DNA of 64,000 nucleotides from an uncultured Spirochaetota bacterium (GTDB lineage Bacteria; Spirochaetota; Spirochaetia; SZUA-6; Fen-1364), in contig CAVUXE010000035.1 of NCBI GenBank assembly GCA_963745235.1, forward strand, positions 192,001 through 256,000, read 5' to 3'. Within the stretch, counting starts at the first letter, position 1. Every line of letters begins with the position of its first letter. Shown piece by piece: positions 30,782-40,523 of this stretch. A program made the position numbers and the translations under genes. The notes below the pieces were generated by a model. It searched no databases. It was not told the origin of the DNA and saw only the letters and a list, made by a program, of their open reading frames with translations.

Positions 30782-31042
30782 GGGGCCGCAAGGATCTGGA
30801 CCAAAGGCCGGGCAAGCACTGCGAAAGCGGGCGTCCAACGGGGTGTACCCCCGATATTTCGAAGGCCATCGTTCTGGGGAAATCGAAGGAGCTTGTTTTC
30901 TGGTCTTGGTGGAGAAATGGAGAGAAAACCAGGGGATGGCAAAGGTTTAAGCGGAAAGGAGGTGACGAGTACCCGTTGAATGCGCAGTGTTACTGCGCGA
31001 CAGGAAAACAGGGTCAGGGAGCATTGGTCAAGGAGGCTACTA

Positions 31043-32461
31043 ATGAAAGCGAGGAAACTAATCCCGCTTCTCAGTCTTTTCGTTCTCTTGGTCTGCGCCG
31101 GAGGCCAGATATGGGCGGGAGGCCAGAATGAAAACGCCCCGGGAGCGGCCGCGAAGCCGGTCACGATCAACGTCGCAACCAGCCTCGGCTGGATCACGAC
31201 GGACGGTTTGATGCCCTTCTTGAAGGAGTACCTTGCCAAACAAGGCATCAACGTCGTGGCGGTTCCTGGGCAGGGCGTCGCGTTGCGTGACAAGCAAATG
31301 CTTGCGGCAAGCTCCGGGGACGCGACATACGATGTCTACCTCGCGTGGGACGCCCTCATGCCTCTCCTGCAGAAATACGGCGAACCCCTGGACACGTACC
31401 TCCAGAGCGCTGGCGTGGACGTATCGGGCTTTGAAGCCAAGTTCTATCCGAACGTCGTGGCCAACGCCTCAGCGGACGGCAAATTGTACTGGATTCCCAT
31501 TCACATCAACGCTCAAATCGGCTACGCCCGAAGAGATCTTTTCATGGATCCCAATGAGCAAGCGGCATTCAAGGCCAAGTACGGATACGACCTGCCGCAG
31601 CCGGACAGCACCGGGGTCCTCAACTTCCCGACCAAGAAGGTATTTGTTGATGTGGCTCAGTTCTTCACCCGTGCGGGCAGCGACGGCCAGACTAACCTCT
31701 GGGGTTACGTGATGGCCGGCAAGTGGGACCAGGGCAACACCGTCTTCGAAGAGGAAATGTTCCGAGCGGGACTCGGCTATTTCGACCAGAAGGGGCACTC
31801 GGACTGGGGTCCGGCGGAACCCCAGAATCAGCCGATCGTGAAGGATATTGCAACCTTCGATTACAACTTGATCAACACGTGGAAGGTATGCTCGCCGGGT
31901 GTCCTGGGAATGGAGCTCACCGAGATCGGGCAACTGTTCGCAACGGGCAAGGCGGCCATGTCGTTCACCTGGAACGTCGACAACTGGCCTCTGTACAAGG
32001 GAACCGATTTCGAAAAGAAATATGGGCTGCCGCTCTCCTGGATTCCCTCGTTCATGGATCGATCCCCGAACGACAAGGGGCTGATGTCCGTCTGGGCATG
32101 GGAATTGAACAAGAACAGCAAGAACAAGGCCGCAGCTGTGAAGTTCCTCCTTGCCGCTGCCGATGAGAACTTGCGGATCCAGGCTACCCAGCAGGCGAAA
32201 CTGCCCGTCGGAAACGGAATGCTCGACGTTAGCCAGTGGCTCGTAAGCCACAGCGTGGTCCCGGGCGCCTACATACCGGCGGTTCAGACCATTGGGACGT
32301 TCTGGCCGACGAGTCCTGCTTTCCCGCAGACCGATCCGGCGCGTGACGTGCTTCGAAAGGCTCACGAGCAGCTTCTCAGTGGCCAGATCACTCCCGACCA
32401 GTTTGTGAAACAGACCGGCGACGGAGTGGAGGCGCTGATGCACCAGGCAGGCTACTTCTAA
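31043..32461 (+). CDS. Carbohydrate ABC transporter substrate-binding protein
   Basis: RBS AGGAGG, spirochaete-type signal 'IWAGGQNE', 'DGKLYWIP', 'YARRDLF', 'FATGKAAM'. Confidence 0.9.
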   Translation: MKARKLIPLLSLFVLLVCAGGQIWAGGQNENAPGAAAKPVTINVATSLGWITTDGLMPFLKEYLAKQGINVVAVPGQGVALRDKQMLAASSGDATYDVYLAWDALMPLLQKYGEPLDTYLQSAGVDVSGFEAKFYPNVVANASADGKLYWIPIHINAQIGYARRDLFMDPNEQAAFKAKYGYDLPQPDSTGVLNFPTKKVFVDVAQFFTRAGSDGQTNLWGYVMAGKWDQGNTVFEEEMFRAGLGYFDQKGHSDWGPAEPQNQPIVKDIATFDYNLINTWKVCSPGVLGMELTEIGQLFATGKAAMSFTWNVDNWPLYKGTDFEKKYGLPLSWIPSFMDRSPNDKGLMSVWAWELNKNSKNKAAAVKFLLAAADENLRIQATQQAKLPVGNGMLDVSQWLVSHSVVPGAYIPAVQTIGTFWPTSPAFPQTDPARDVLRKAHEQLLSGQITPDQFVKQTGDGVEALMHQAGYF

Positions 32462-32476
32462 TCGACTCGACAGACA

Positions 32477-32508
32477 GTCAAGGCGGAGCGACACGTCTCC
32501 GCCTTGAC
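32477..32508 (+). other. Perfect 12-bp stem-loop between the SBP and permease genes (mRNA stabiliser or partial terminator)
   Basis: GTCAAGGCGGAG-8 nt-CTCCGCCTTGAC, no U-tract. Confidence 0.7.
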
Positions 32509-32530
32509 CTCATCATAGAGGAGACCGAAT

Positions 32531-33406
32531 GTGATACTGCAGCGGCAGCGCAGAACGTACTGGCTCCTGACATTTCCCGCAATTTTCATAACGCTGGTCG
32601 GGTTGGTATGGCCGATTTCGCGAGGCGTTCAGATCAGCTTCACGAATATGAACCTGCTGGCCGACACGAATCGCTATGTGGGGCTGGCCAACTACGGGAA
32701 GGTCCTCAGCGATCCTGATTTTTATTTTTCACTCTTGCGGAACGTTGAATACGTCGTCGTCGTCGTTTTCTTCAATTTCGTCATCGGCTTCGCCATGGCG
32801 CTCGTGTGCAACGGGAAATTTGCCGGCAATCGAGTTCTCCGCGCGGTCATCATCCTTCCCATGGTGGTCATACCGACCGCCGCAGCTATTTTGTGGCGAT
32901 TCATGTACAACTACGACATTGGGGTCATCAACAACGTCGCCAACAGTTTGCACCTCCTCAGAGTCGACTGGTTGGGAGATCCCAAGATGGCGCTGATCTC
33001 GGTGCTTATCACCGATATTTGGGCGTGGACACCGTGGATGTTTTTAATCCTGCTTGCCGGACTCGAGGGGCTTCCGGCCGAGACCATCGAAGCGGCGAGA
33101 ATCGACGGCGCTTCGGGTCTTCGCCTCATCTGGATGATTATGCTTCCCATGATGAGGCCGATCTATCAGGTCGCGATATCGCTGAAAGCAATTGACACCT
33201 TCCGTACGTTCGACTATGTCTGGGTCATGACCGGCGGCGGGCCAGGGTCCTCCAGCGACATCCTGAGCACGTACATCTACAAGTCGGCTTTCAAGAACCT
33301 CGCGTACGGATACAGCGCAGCAATCAGCCTCGTCGTTCTTGTCTTCACTGTCGCCCTCTCGTTTTCTGTGCTGCGTGGATTGATCGTCAAGCAGGAAAAC
33401 CTATGA
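32531..33406 (+). CDS. Carbohydrate ABC transporter permease (MalF-like)
   Basis: 'VGLANY', EAA loop 'EAARIDGAS', 'MTGGGP'. Confidence 0.93.
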   Translation: MILQRQRRTYWLLTFPAIFITLVGLVWPISRGVQISFTNMNLLADTNRYVGLANYGKVLSDPDFYFSLLRNVEYVVVVVFFNFVIGFAMALVCNGKFAGNRVLRAVIILPMVVIPTAAAILWRFMYNYDIGVINNVANSLHLLRVDWLGDPKMALISVLITDIWAWTPWMFLILLAGLEGLPAETIEAARIDGASGLRLIWMIMLPMMRPIYQVAISLKAIDTFRTFDYVWVMTGGGPGSSSDILSTYIYKSAFKNLAYGYSAAISLVVLVFTVALSFSVLRGLIVKQENL

Positions 33407-34215
33407 ACAAATACTTGAGATCATTCCTTATTCTTCTCATCGTGGTATGGACGGTCGGTCCGCTGTACGAGTTGATTGTGATGTCAACCGCGGCGTCGGG
33501 GAGTTTCAGCACGCTGCTACCCACGAAGATCACACTCAGCTACTACGGGGAAATCCTCTTCGGAGCTCGTTTCGGAGCCCAATCAATTTGGCCATTCATG
33601 GGCCACAGCCTCATTGTGTGCACCGTGGCGTCGCTTGCCGTGATCCTCTTCAGCCTGCCGTGCGCGTACGGTTTTTCCCGGCTCAAGTCCAAGGCGAGCC
33701 AAGGGGTGTACCTTGGCTATTTCGTTCTGCGAATGCTGCCTTCGATCGCGCTGCTCGTCCCGTGGTATTTCATCCTCAGATCGCTGCGCTTGATTGACAC
33801 ATATGGCGGCCTATCGCTCATCTACCTGCTTTTCCAGCTTCCCGTCGGTATCTGGCTCATGAAGGGATTCTTCGACACCATTCCTGTCGAGCTTGAGGAA
33901 TCCGCGTGGATCGAGGGTGCAAGCGTCTTGACGGCATTTCGAGAGATCATCATTCCCCTCGCCGGAAATGGAATCTCTGTGACGGGAGTTTTCGTCTTCC
34001 TGTACAGCTACATTGAGCTCATGTACGCATCCGTTCTAACCAGGCAAAAAATAACACTACCACCGTACCTCGCAGGATTTGTCAGCCAATATGAGCCTCA
34101 CTGGCAACTGACGCTCGCGGCGTCTCTTATCAGCACCGTCCCGATGATCCTGCTGTTCATGTTCGCGCAAAGGTATATGACGCGGGGCATCACCGGAGGC
34201 GCCCTGAAATACTGA
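33403..34215 (+). CDS. Carbohydrate ABC transporter permease (MalG-like)
   Basis: 'FFDTIPVELEESAWIEGAS', 'GITGGALK'. Confidence 0.93.
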   Translation: MNKYLRSFLILLIVVWTVGPLYELIVMSTAASGSFSTLLPTKITLSYYGEILFGARFGAQSIWPFMGHSLIVCTVASLAVILFSLPCAYGFSRLKSKASQGVYLGYFVLRMLPSIALLVPWYFILRSLRLIDTYGGLSLIYLLFQLPVGIWLMKGFFDTIPVELEESAWIEGASVLTAFREIIIPLAGNGISVTGVFVFLYSYIELMYASVLTRQKITLPPYLAGFVSQYEPHWQLTLAASLISTVPMILLFMFAQRYMTRGITGGALKY

Positions 34216-34232
34216 AGATAAGAGGAAAAGAA

Positions 34233-34490
34233 ATGGGCAAGGTCAGAATAGGAATGATCGGAGCGGGCGTCCATGCCACGAACATGCTGTACCCGAGTTG
34301 CGAGCATATCGCGGCCCCTGTGGAGAGGGTCGCCGTCTGCGACCTGATCGAGCAGAAGGCGAAGAGCGCGATCGATTTCAAGAAAATGCTGAGAGGTTCC
34401 GGGGTGGTCCTGGAGAAGATGGATGAGCCGACCTCGGCTTTGAGCGACACGGAGATACGGCGTCTCTTGAATACCGTGTCCGCGCTGTGA
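34233..34490 (+). pseudogene. Truncated chimeric remnant: Gfo/Idh/MocA N-terminus joined to an unrelated C-terminus
   Basis: Rossmann start 'VRIGMIGAG...VAVCDL' with RBS, but only 85 aa and no 'EKP' motif. Confidence 0.7.
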
Positions 34491-34552
34491 AGGCCCCGGG
34501 ATTGCCCGGTCGTCGACACGTTGACAAGTGCGGAAAGAAGGAGGGATCGGGA

Positions 34553-35014
34553 ATGCGTCTGCTCGCGGACCATACTGCCGAACTTGGAGATGGTTTCGTT
34601 CGCTCCGTCGCCGCGAAGGCGCGGGACGCGAAACTGACAAGGGGAGACCTGGAAGATTGCATTCGGCTGTTTTGCATGGTGTGCAATCACGTTGACGAGC
34701 TCCAGTTCGAGCTCAAGGATTTCACGCATTCCTTCCAATTGCAGATCGGCGAGGAGCGCTTCGCCGTGACGTTCAACAAGGGCGCGTGCGCCGTGTACGC
34801 GGGCACCATCGATTCCCCCGACATCACGATCCAGATGGGTCTCGTGACTGCGCGGGACCTGGTGATGGGGAAGGTCAATTCCGGCGCGGCCCACATGGAC
34901 GGTGACATCACGTACAAGGGAACCAAGAATGGTGCCGTCAAGCTGCAGTCAGTGTTCGAACTCTTCCTGGACGAGCTCGACGAACGTGCGCGATCCGAAC
35001 GGGGAGAATCATGA
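34553..35014 (+). CDS. SCP2 sterol/lipid-binding domain protein
   Basis: 'PDITIQM..TARDLVMGKVNSGAAHMDGDITYKG'. Confidence 0.8.
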   Translation: MRLLADHTAELGDGFVRSVAAKARDAKLTRGDLEDCIRLFCMVCNHVDELQFELKDFTHSFQLQIGEERFAVTFNKGACAVYAGTIDSPDITIQMGLVTARDLVMGKVNSGAAHMDGDITYKGTKNGAVKLQSVFELFLDELDERARSERGES

Positions 35015-37284
35015 AGCAGTTGAAACTCGGGGTCGTAGGCGGCGGCAGCGCCTTCACCTTTCACGCGAGCGGTGTGAAGGATTCGAAGCTCCTGCGCTTC
35101 ACGGCGATTTTCGACTCGAACATCGACAACGCCAGGAAGATCGCCCGGCGATTCAAGGAAGGCCATCTCGAGGTCTACGAGACCCTTGATGCGATGCTCG
35201 AATCGGACATCGACGCGGTTCTCGTGATGGTGCCCCATGCATACCACGAGAGGATCGTCGTGCGGTGCGCGGAGAAAGGCAAGCACGTGCTGTGCGAGAA
35301 GCCCATGGCCACCACGGTGGAAGCGTGCAGGAACATGATCGAGGCCGCGGAGAGGAACAAGGTCAAGCTCATGATCGCGGAGAATCACCGGTTTCTCCCG
35401 GCGCACACCTATATCCATGACGCCGTCCAGAAGGGTCTGATTGGCGACGTCCTCGTGGTCAGGGCATACGAGGGCGTCAACGAGATCCCCGGGTTGAGCA
35501 TGAGCGGCTTCTGGAAGGGGGATCCGATCAAGGCGGGCGGCGGCGCGCTCATGGACATGGGCGCGCACAAGTTTGCGGCCCTCGAGTACATCCTCGGAAG
35601 CAGGTGCACGAAGATTACCGCGGTGCTCGCGAAGCAGGCGATCAACCTGCCGGAAAAGGCGGAAGACAACGCGTTCACGATCGTGCATTTCGACAACGGC
35701 GCGGTCGGCGAGATCGCGGTGAGCTTCACGCAGATGACGCCCCCTTTCAACAGCCTCGAGATCTTCGGAACGTCGGGGAGCATCTTCGAGAACCATGCAT
35801 GGGAGAAGCCGGTTCGGATCTACTCCTTTTCGAAGGACATGGGCGAGCATCAGCAGGTCATGTACGAGCCCGACATCGAGCACAAGCCCTTCCCCGGCTA
35901 CTATCCCATTTCGGTGCGACACGAGGACGAGTACTTCGCGAAATGCGTCCTCGAAGATACACAACCCGAGTTCACTCCCATCGATTCGATGAGCGCCATC
36001 GAGTGCATACTGGCGGGCTATCTCTCGGCCATTGAACACAGGCCTGTTGAACGGAGAGAGATCGTGGAGCTCGCGGACAAGGGCCTCACATTCGGCATAC
36101 TGGAACGGCTTGCCGAGCAGATACCAATCAACCCGAAGCTGCCCGAGGTGAAGAAGATGAAACCCGTCGGATATGACCGCAGCAGGAGCGCCGGGATCAT
36201 GGAAAAATATGACCTGGACCTCCTCATCGCGAGCTCTCCCGAGAATGTCTATTACCTGAGCGGATTGCCCGTCCTCCACAGCGCGCCCAATCCCATACTG
36301 GAGGCCTTGAGCAACCAGTACCCCAACATTGCGATGATCCGGCGCGAGGGGGAAGGCACGGTAATCAACTGGGACGTGTTCAAGAGCGTCCCCGCGCTGT
36401 GCTGGGTCGCGGACAGCGTCGGGATCAGCAGCCCGAAGGACGTCCAGAGCGCCCTCCTTCTGAAGATCAAGAAGTGGGGGCTCATCGACAAGCGCGTCGG
36501 CGTGGAATCCACCGCTCCGAAGTTTCTCCTCGATGTCCTCGCACAAAACAAGGCGAACGCGAAATTGGTCGAAGCGGATGCCGCTTTCCAGGACATGCGG
36601 ATCGTCAAGACCGACCAGGAGATCGAGTACATCACGAAAGCAACGGAAATCACGGAGAAGGCGATCATGCGCTGCGTGAAGGCCCTGAGGGAAGGCATGA
36701 CCGACAACGACCTCCTGAACCTCGGCAAGAGGGCGATGCTCGAGGAAGGAGCCGACGGGTGGAACCACATGACCCTGTCCATCGGCGGCTCCGATCCGGA
36801 AGCGCCCGGTATCGGCACAGTCGTGCGAAAGGGAGACATTGTCCGCCTGGACTTCGGCGCTGTGTGCAAAGGCTACGTCGCTGACGTGAACGCGCACGTC
36901 GTCGTAGGGAAGGTTCCGGAGAAGGCCGCGGCTCTCATTGAAGGCCTGCTCGAGTTCCAGGGCTACTTCGAGGCCCGCATCACGCCGGGCGTCTCGATGA
37001 GGCAGCTCGGCGAGGAAGCCGTGCACTGGTACAAGGGGAAATATCCCGAGGGGATGGCATTCTGCATCGGCCACAGCATCGGCCTGGAGTGCGAGGACCT
37101 GCACCTGTTTGGCGCGATGGGTTCGCAGGACCGCGACTTCGAGAAGAACATGGTTTTCGAGATCGAGGCGTGGGAAAGCTTCGAAGGCTTCCTCATCGGC
37201 GTCGAGGATTGCTATGTCGTGACCGACTCAGGCTGCCGCAAACTGACTCGCCTCGACAAGCGAATCATGACAGTGAAGGAGTGA
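35011..37284 (+). CDS. Gfo/Idh/MocA oxidoreductase fused to a creatinase-N/M24 (pita-bread) hydrolase
   Basis: N-terminal 'GKHVLCEKPMA', 'GGGALMDMGAH'; C-terminal 'ENVYYLSG', 'RIVKTDQEI', 'LDFGA', 'YVAD', 'GHSIGL', 'FEIE', 'GVED'. Confidence 0.85.
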   Translation: MKQLKLGVVGGGSAFTFHASGVKDSKLLRFTAIFDSNIDNARKIARRFKEGHLEVYETLDAMLESDIDAVLVMVPHAYHERIVVRCAEKGKHVLCEKPMATTVEACRNMIEAAERNKVKLMIAENHRFLPAHTYIHDAVQKGLIGDVLVVRAYEGVNEIPGLSMSGFWKGDPIKAGGGALMDMGAHKFAALEYILGSRCTKITAVLAKQAINLPEKAEDNAFTIVHFDNGAVGEIAVSFTQMTPPFNSLEIFGTSGSIFENHAWEKPVRIYSFSKDMGEHQQVMYEPDIEHKPFPGYYPISVRHEDEYFAKCVLEDTQPEFTPIDSMSAIECILAGYLSAIEHRPVERREIVELADKGLTFGILERLAEQIPINPKLPEVKKMKPVGYDRSRSAGIMEKYDLDLLIASSPENVYYLSGLPVLHSAPNPILEALSNQYPNIAMIRREGEGTVINWDVFKSVPALCWVADSVGISSPKDVQSALLLKIKKWGLIDKRVGVESTAPKFLLDVLAQNKANAKLVEADAAFQDMRIVKTDQEIEYITKATEITEKAIMRCVKALREGMTDNDLLNLGKRAMLEEGADGWNHMTLSIGGSDPEAPGIGTVVRKGDIVRLDFGAVCKGYVADVNAHVVVGKVPEKAAALIEGLLEFQGYFEARITPGVSMRQLGEEAVHWYKGKYPEGMAFCIGHSIGLECEDLHLFGAMGSQDRDFEKNMVFEIEAWESFEGFLIGVEDCYVVTDSGCRKLTRLDKRIMTVKE

Positions 37285-37288
37285 GCAA

Positions 37289-38078
37289 ATGAAACCATTG
37301 ATCATCATAGCCACGCCGAATATCTGCTGGCTCACGCCAAGCGTGCCGTACCCCCGGACAGCGACGGAAATCGCGCAGGAAGCAAAGCTGTGCCGTGAGA
37401 ACGGGGCGTCGGTTCTCCATGCTCATGGCGAAGGGCAGTGGGTCGGGATGATGGCGGAGGTCCGCAAGCGGAGCGATATCCTGATCCAATGCGGCATGTC
37501 GAGCATCCCTCTGCGGGACCGGATGGACGTCATGAATCAGAAGGCAGACATGATATCCATCATACTCAATCACCACGACGAGGCGTTTGCCGAGGTGGAT
37601 TGCAACATGCTGCATACGAAGCCGGAGCTCGAAGAATATGCAGCCGCTTGCCGTACCTACGGCGTCAAGCCGGAATTTCGAGGTCTGGCATTCGGGCTCC
37701 ATCTGGAACTTGAACCGCCTGATCGAAAAGAGCCTGCTGGATCCGCCGTATGTGACCACGATGTTCTTCGGATGGCCTGGCGGCACGTGGTCCCCTCCCA
37801 CTGTGGAGGAGTATCTTTATAGAAGGAAACAGATGCCGGAGAACTGTGCAGTTGCCGTCAGCATCATGGACGCCAGGCAGATGGACATTCTGGTCGCGGC
37901 GATAATGAACGGAGATAACGTCAGGGTTGGCACGGAGGATTATCCCTACAGCCGCCATGGCGCTCTTTCTACGACGCATGATCTGGTGAAGGAAATTGCA
38001 GATATCTCGCAGCTGCTGGGAAGGCAAATTGCAACGCCCATTGAAGCTCGTGAAATTCTCGGAACCAGGGGGCGATGA
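37289..38078 (+). CDS. BKACE/DUF849 beta-keto acid cleavage enzyme (frameshift near 37676)
   Basis: 'GASVLHAH', 'GVKPEFEVW', 'NVRVGTED', 'GRQIATPIEAREILG'. Confidence 0.85.
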
Positions 38079-38851
38079 GGATGGTCGACAAAAAGGTGGC
38101 AGTCATTACCGGCGCGGCCAGCGGCATAGGAAAGGCCACGGCGTTGAAATTCGCGAAAGAGAACTATGCGGTTGCTCTCTTCGACAAAAGCGGCGCGATA
38201 GTGGAAGTTGGCCAGTCGCTTCGCGAAAACGGATCCGAGTGCCTCGATTTCTGTGGAGACGTTGCCCGCGCAACGGACGTAGAAAGGTTCATCGACCAGG
38301 TCGCAGGGAAGTTCGGCAGGATTGACGTGCTCAATTGTAACGCGGGCATCGTGGTTGTAAAACCCCTGGAGGATACCTCCTTCGATGAGTTCGTCATGGT
38401 ATCCAATGTGAACATCGGAGGAACGTTCCTTTTCTGCAAACATGTACTGCCAATCATGAAGAGCCAGCGGCGCGGGGCGATCGTGAATCTCGGCTCAGTT
38501 TCCGGGCACGTCGGGCAGACCGAGCATGCCATTTACGGAGCGACGAAAGGCGCGGTGATCGCGTTTACCCGCGCGGTTGCCTGGGAAGTTGCGGATTACA
38601 ATATCCGGGTGAACTCCGTAAGTCCCGGCTCTGTTGACACCCCGATGCTTCGTTCGGACATACAGCTCGAATCGGCGCGAACCGGACTGGCGTTCGGGAA
38701 GGTAAAGAAGAACAGGGAGGCGGAACAGGCGTTCAAGCGCTGGGCGGAGCCGGAAGAGATCGCCGAGGCGATCTACTTTTTGGGCAGTGACGCGGCCTCG
38801 TTTATTACAGGCACCGACTTGCTGGTGGATTGCGGCTGGGTGGCGAAATAA
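38075..38851 (+). CDS. Short-chain dehydrogenase/reductase
   Basis: 'TGAASGIG', 'YGATKG', 'IRVNSVSPG'. Confidence 0.93.
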   Translation: MRMVDKKVAVITGAASGIGKATALKFAKENYAVALFDKSGAIVEVGQSLRENGSECLDFCGDVARATDVERFIDQVAGKFGRIDVLNCNAGIVVVKPLEDTSFDEFVMVSNVNIGGTFLFCKHVLPIMKSQRRGAIVNLGSVSGHVGQTEHAIYGATKGAVIAFTRAVAWEVADYNIRVNSVSPGSVDTPMLRSDIQLESARTGLAFGKVKKNREAEQAFKRWAEPEEIAEAIYFLGSDAASFITGTDLLVDCGWVAK

Positions 38852-39579
38852 TGCCGGGTGCAGTCATCGACTACGAAATAGAGAAGAAGAAGAGTACGAC
38901 GGGAATAATCGTTCAGAAGCTCCTGGAACTGATCCGCGTTCGCAGTCTGAAGCCGGGGGATAAGCTTCCAACCGAGAGGGAGCTTTCGAAACTGATGAAA
39001 GTAAGCAGGCCGTCCTTGAGGGAGGCGCTGAAATCACTGGAAATGATGAGTATCATCAGAATTCGACAGGGCTCGGGCGCTTTCGTGAACAAACTGGAGC
39101 CCGAAAGCGTCGTCGAACATCTCGACATAGTTTTCACCCTGGATGAGACGCTCTACCGCGATCTCTACAAGGCTCGAAGGGTTCTGGAGTCGGCGATTGC
39201 GGGGATGGCCGCCGAACTGATCACTGACGAGGAGCTCGTCGAAATCGAATCGAACATCACAAAAGCCGCGCGAGCCGTTAGAAAGACCCACGAGTTCTTC
39301 GAGCTCGATCTTCAGCTCCATAGTTTGATCCTGAAAGCGTCGAGAAACCGGATCCTTCCCGTATTCATCCAATCTATCAACAAGCTCAACTTGATGATGC
39401 GCGAAAAGACGAACAGGTATCTCAAAATCAGGCAGTCATCCATCCGAGATCATCAGAACATCCTGGAAACCTTGCGGGAGAGGAATCCGGAAAAGGCCGC
39501 GCGGGCAATGGAAGAACACCTGTTCAACGTCGAGAGGGGATATTATGGCCTCGTCAAGGAAGGAGCCAGGAAAAAGTGA
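38851..39579 (+). CDS. GntR/FadR-family regulator
   Basis: 'KLPTERELS...VSRPSLREALKSL', FCD 'DLQLH', 'MEEHL'. Confidence 0.93.
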   Translation: MPGAVIDYEIEKKKSTTGIIVQKLLELIRVRSLKPGDKLPTERELSKLMKVSRPSLREALKSLEMMSIIRIRQGSGAFVNKLEPESVVEHLDIVFTLDETLYRDLYKARRVLESAIAGMAAELITDEELVEIESNITKAARAVRKTHEFFELDLQLHSLILKASRNRILPVFIQSINKLNLMMREKTNRYLKIRQSSIRDHQNILETLRERNPEKAARAMEEHLFNVERGYYGLVKEGARKK

Positions 39580-40523
39580 ATGACACTTTCTTTGTAACTG
39601 GCGCGACGGGGTGCATCGGAGGCTGGGTTGTCAAGAACCTCGTCGAATCAGGAAGCGAGGTGTACGTGCTGGCACGGAGTGGAAGCCTGGAGAAACTGAA
39701 GCTTATCATGCCGGCAGACGAGATATCCAAGGTGCACGTCATACGCGGAGATATCGGCGATGCCGAGCTACTCAAGGAATGTGTCGCGAAAAACAAAATT
39801 GAACTCATAATCCACCTGGCGGCGATGCAGCTGCCTTTCTGCCGTGCAGAGCCGGGGCGCGGCGCTCGTGTGAACGTCGAAGGGACCATCAATGTCTTCG
39901 AGGCTGCAAAGAATGCCGGAATTCGATCGCTCGTCTATTCAAGCAGCACCGCAGTATACGGGAGAATGGACGAGTACGCGGAAATCTGCGTCGAGCATGG
40001 CGCGCGGCTGATTCCGCATTCCCTCTATGGTGTGTATAAGCAGGCGAACGAGTGGAGCGCAAGAGTCTATTTTGATTCGGACGGCATCTCCAGCATTGGC
40101 ATAAGGCCCTACGTCGTATACGGACCCTTGCGAGACAAAGGCATAACTTCCACGCCCACTCTCGCAATGAAGGCGGCTGTCGAGCATGAACGGTACGAGA
40201 TATCGTACGGTGGCGAGTTCAATTTTCAGTATGTGGACGACACGGCGAAAGCGTTCATTCGCGCTGCGCGCGCGGATCACGAGGGGGCGGATACCTATAA
40301 CCTGGGCGGAGCCGCCATCGATATGGGCGATGTGATACAAGCCATTGAGACCGCTGAGCCGCGGGCCAAAGACCTCATTACGTACGTCGATGCGCCACTT
40401 CCGTTCCCCAGGAGAGCGAGCAACGAAGAGCTTGAAAAAATCATTGGACCCGTTTGTCCGACGGCGCTTGTTGATGGTGTAAGAAAGAGTATGGAAATCT
40501 TCAGGCGAAACGCTGGCGTGTAG
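39576..40523 (+). CDS. NAD-dependent epimerase/dehydratase (extended SDR)
   Basis: 'TGATGCIG', 'IIHLAA', 'YGVYK', 'VYGP'. Confidence 0.9.
   Translation: MNDTFFVTGATGCIGGWVVKNLVESGSEVYVLARSGSLEKLKLIMPADEISKVHVIRGDIGDAELLKECVAKNKIELIIHLAAMQLPFCRAEPGRGARVNVEGTINVFEAAKNAGIRSLVYSSSTAVYGRMDEYAEICVEHGARLIPHSLYGVYKQANEWSARVYFDSDGISSIGIRPYVVYGPLRDKGITSTPTLAMKAAVEHERYEISYGGEFNFQYVDDTAKAFIRAARADHEGADTYNLGGAAIDMGDVIQAIETAEPRAKDLITYVDAPLPFPRRASNEELEKIIGPVCPTALVDGVRKSMEIFRRNAGV

Noticed and set aside
34687-37104. 805-aa antisense ORF
   Set aside because: Shadow frame of the GC3-rich Gfo-M24 gene; no recognisable motifs.
37660-37700. Programmed frameshift in the BKACE gene
   Set aside because: No convincing slippery heptamer or stimulatory structure, and similar indels occur across the window.
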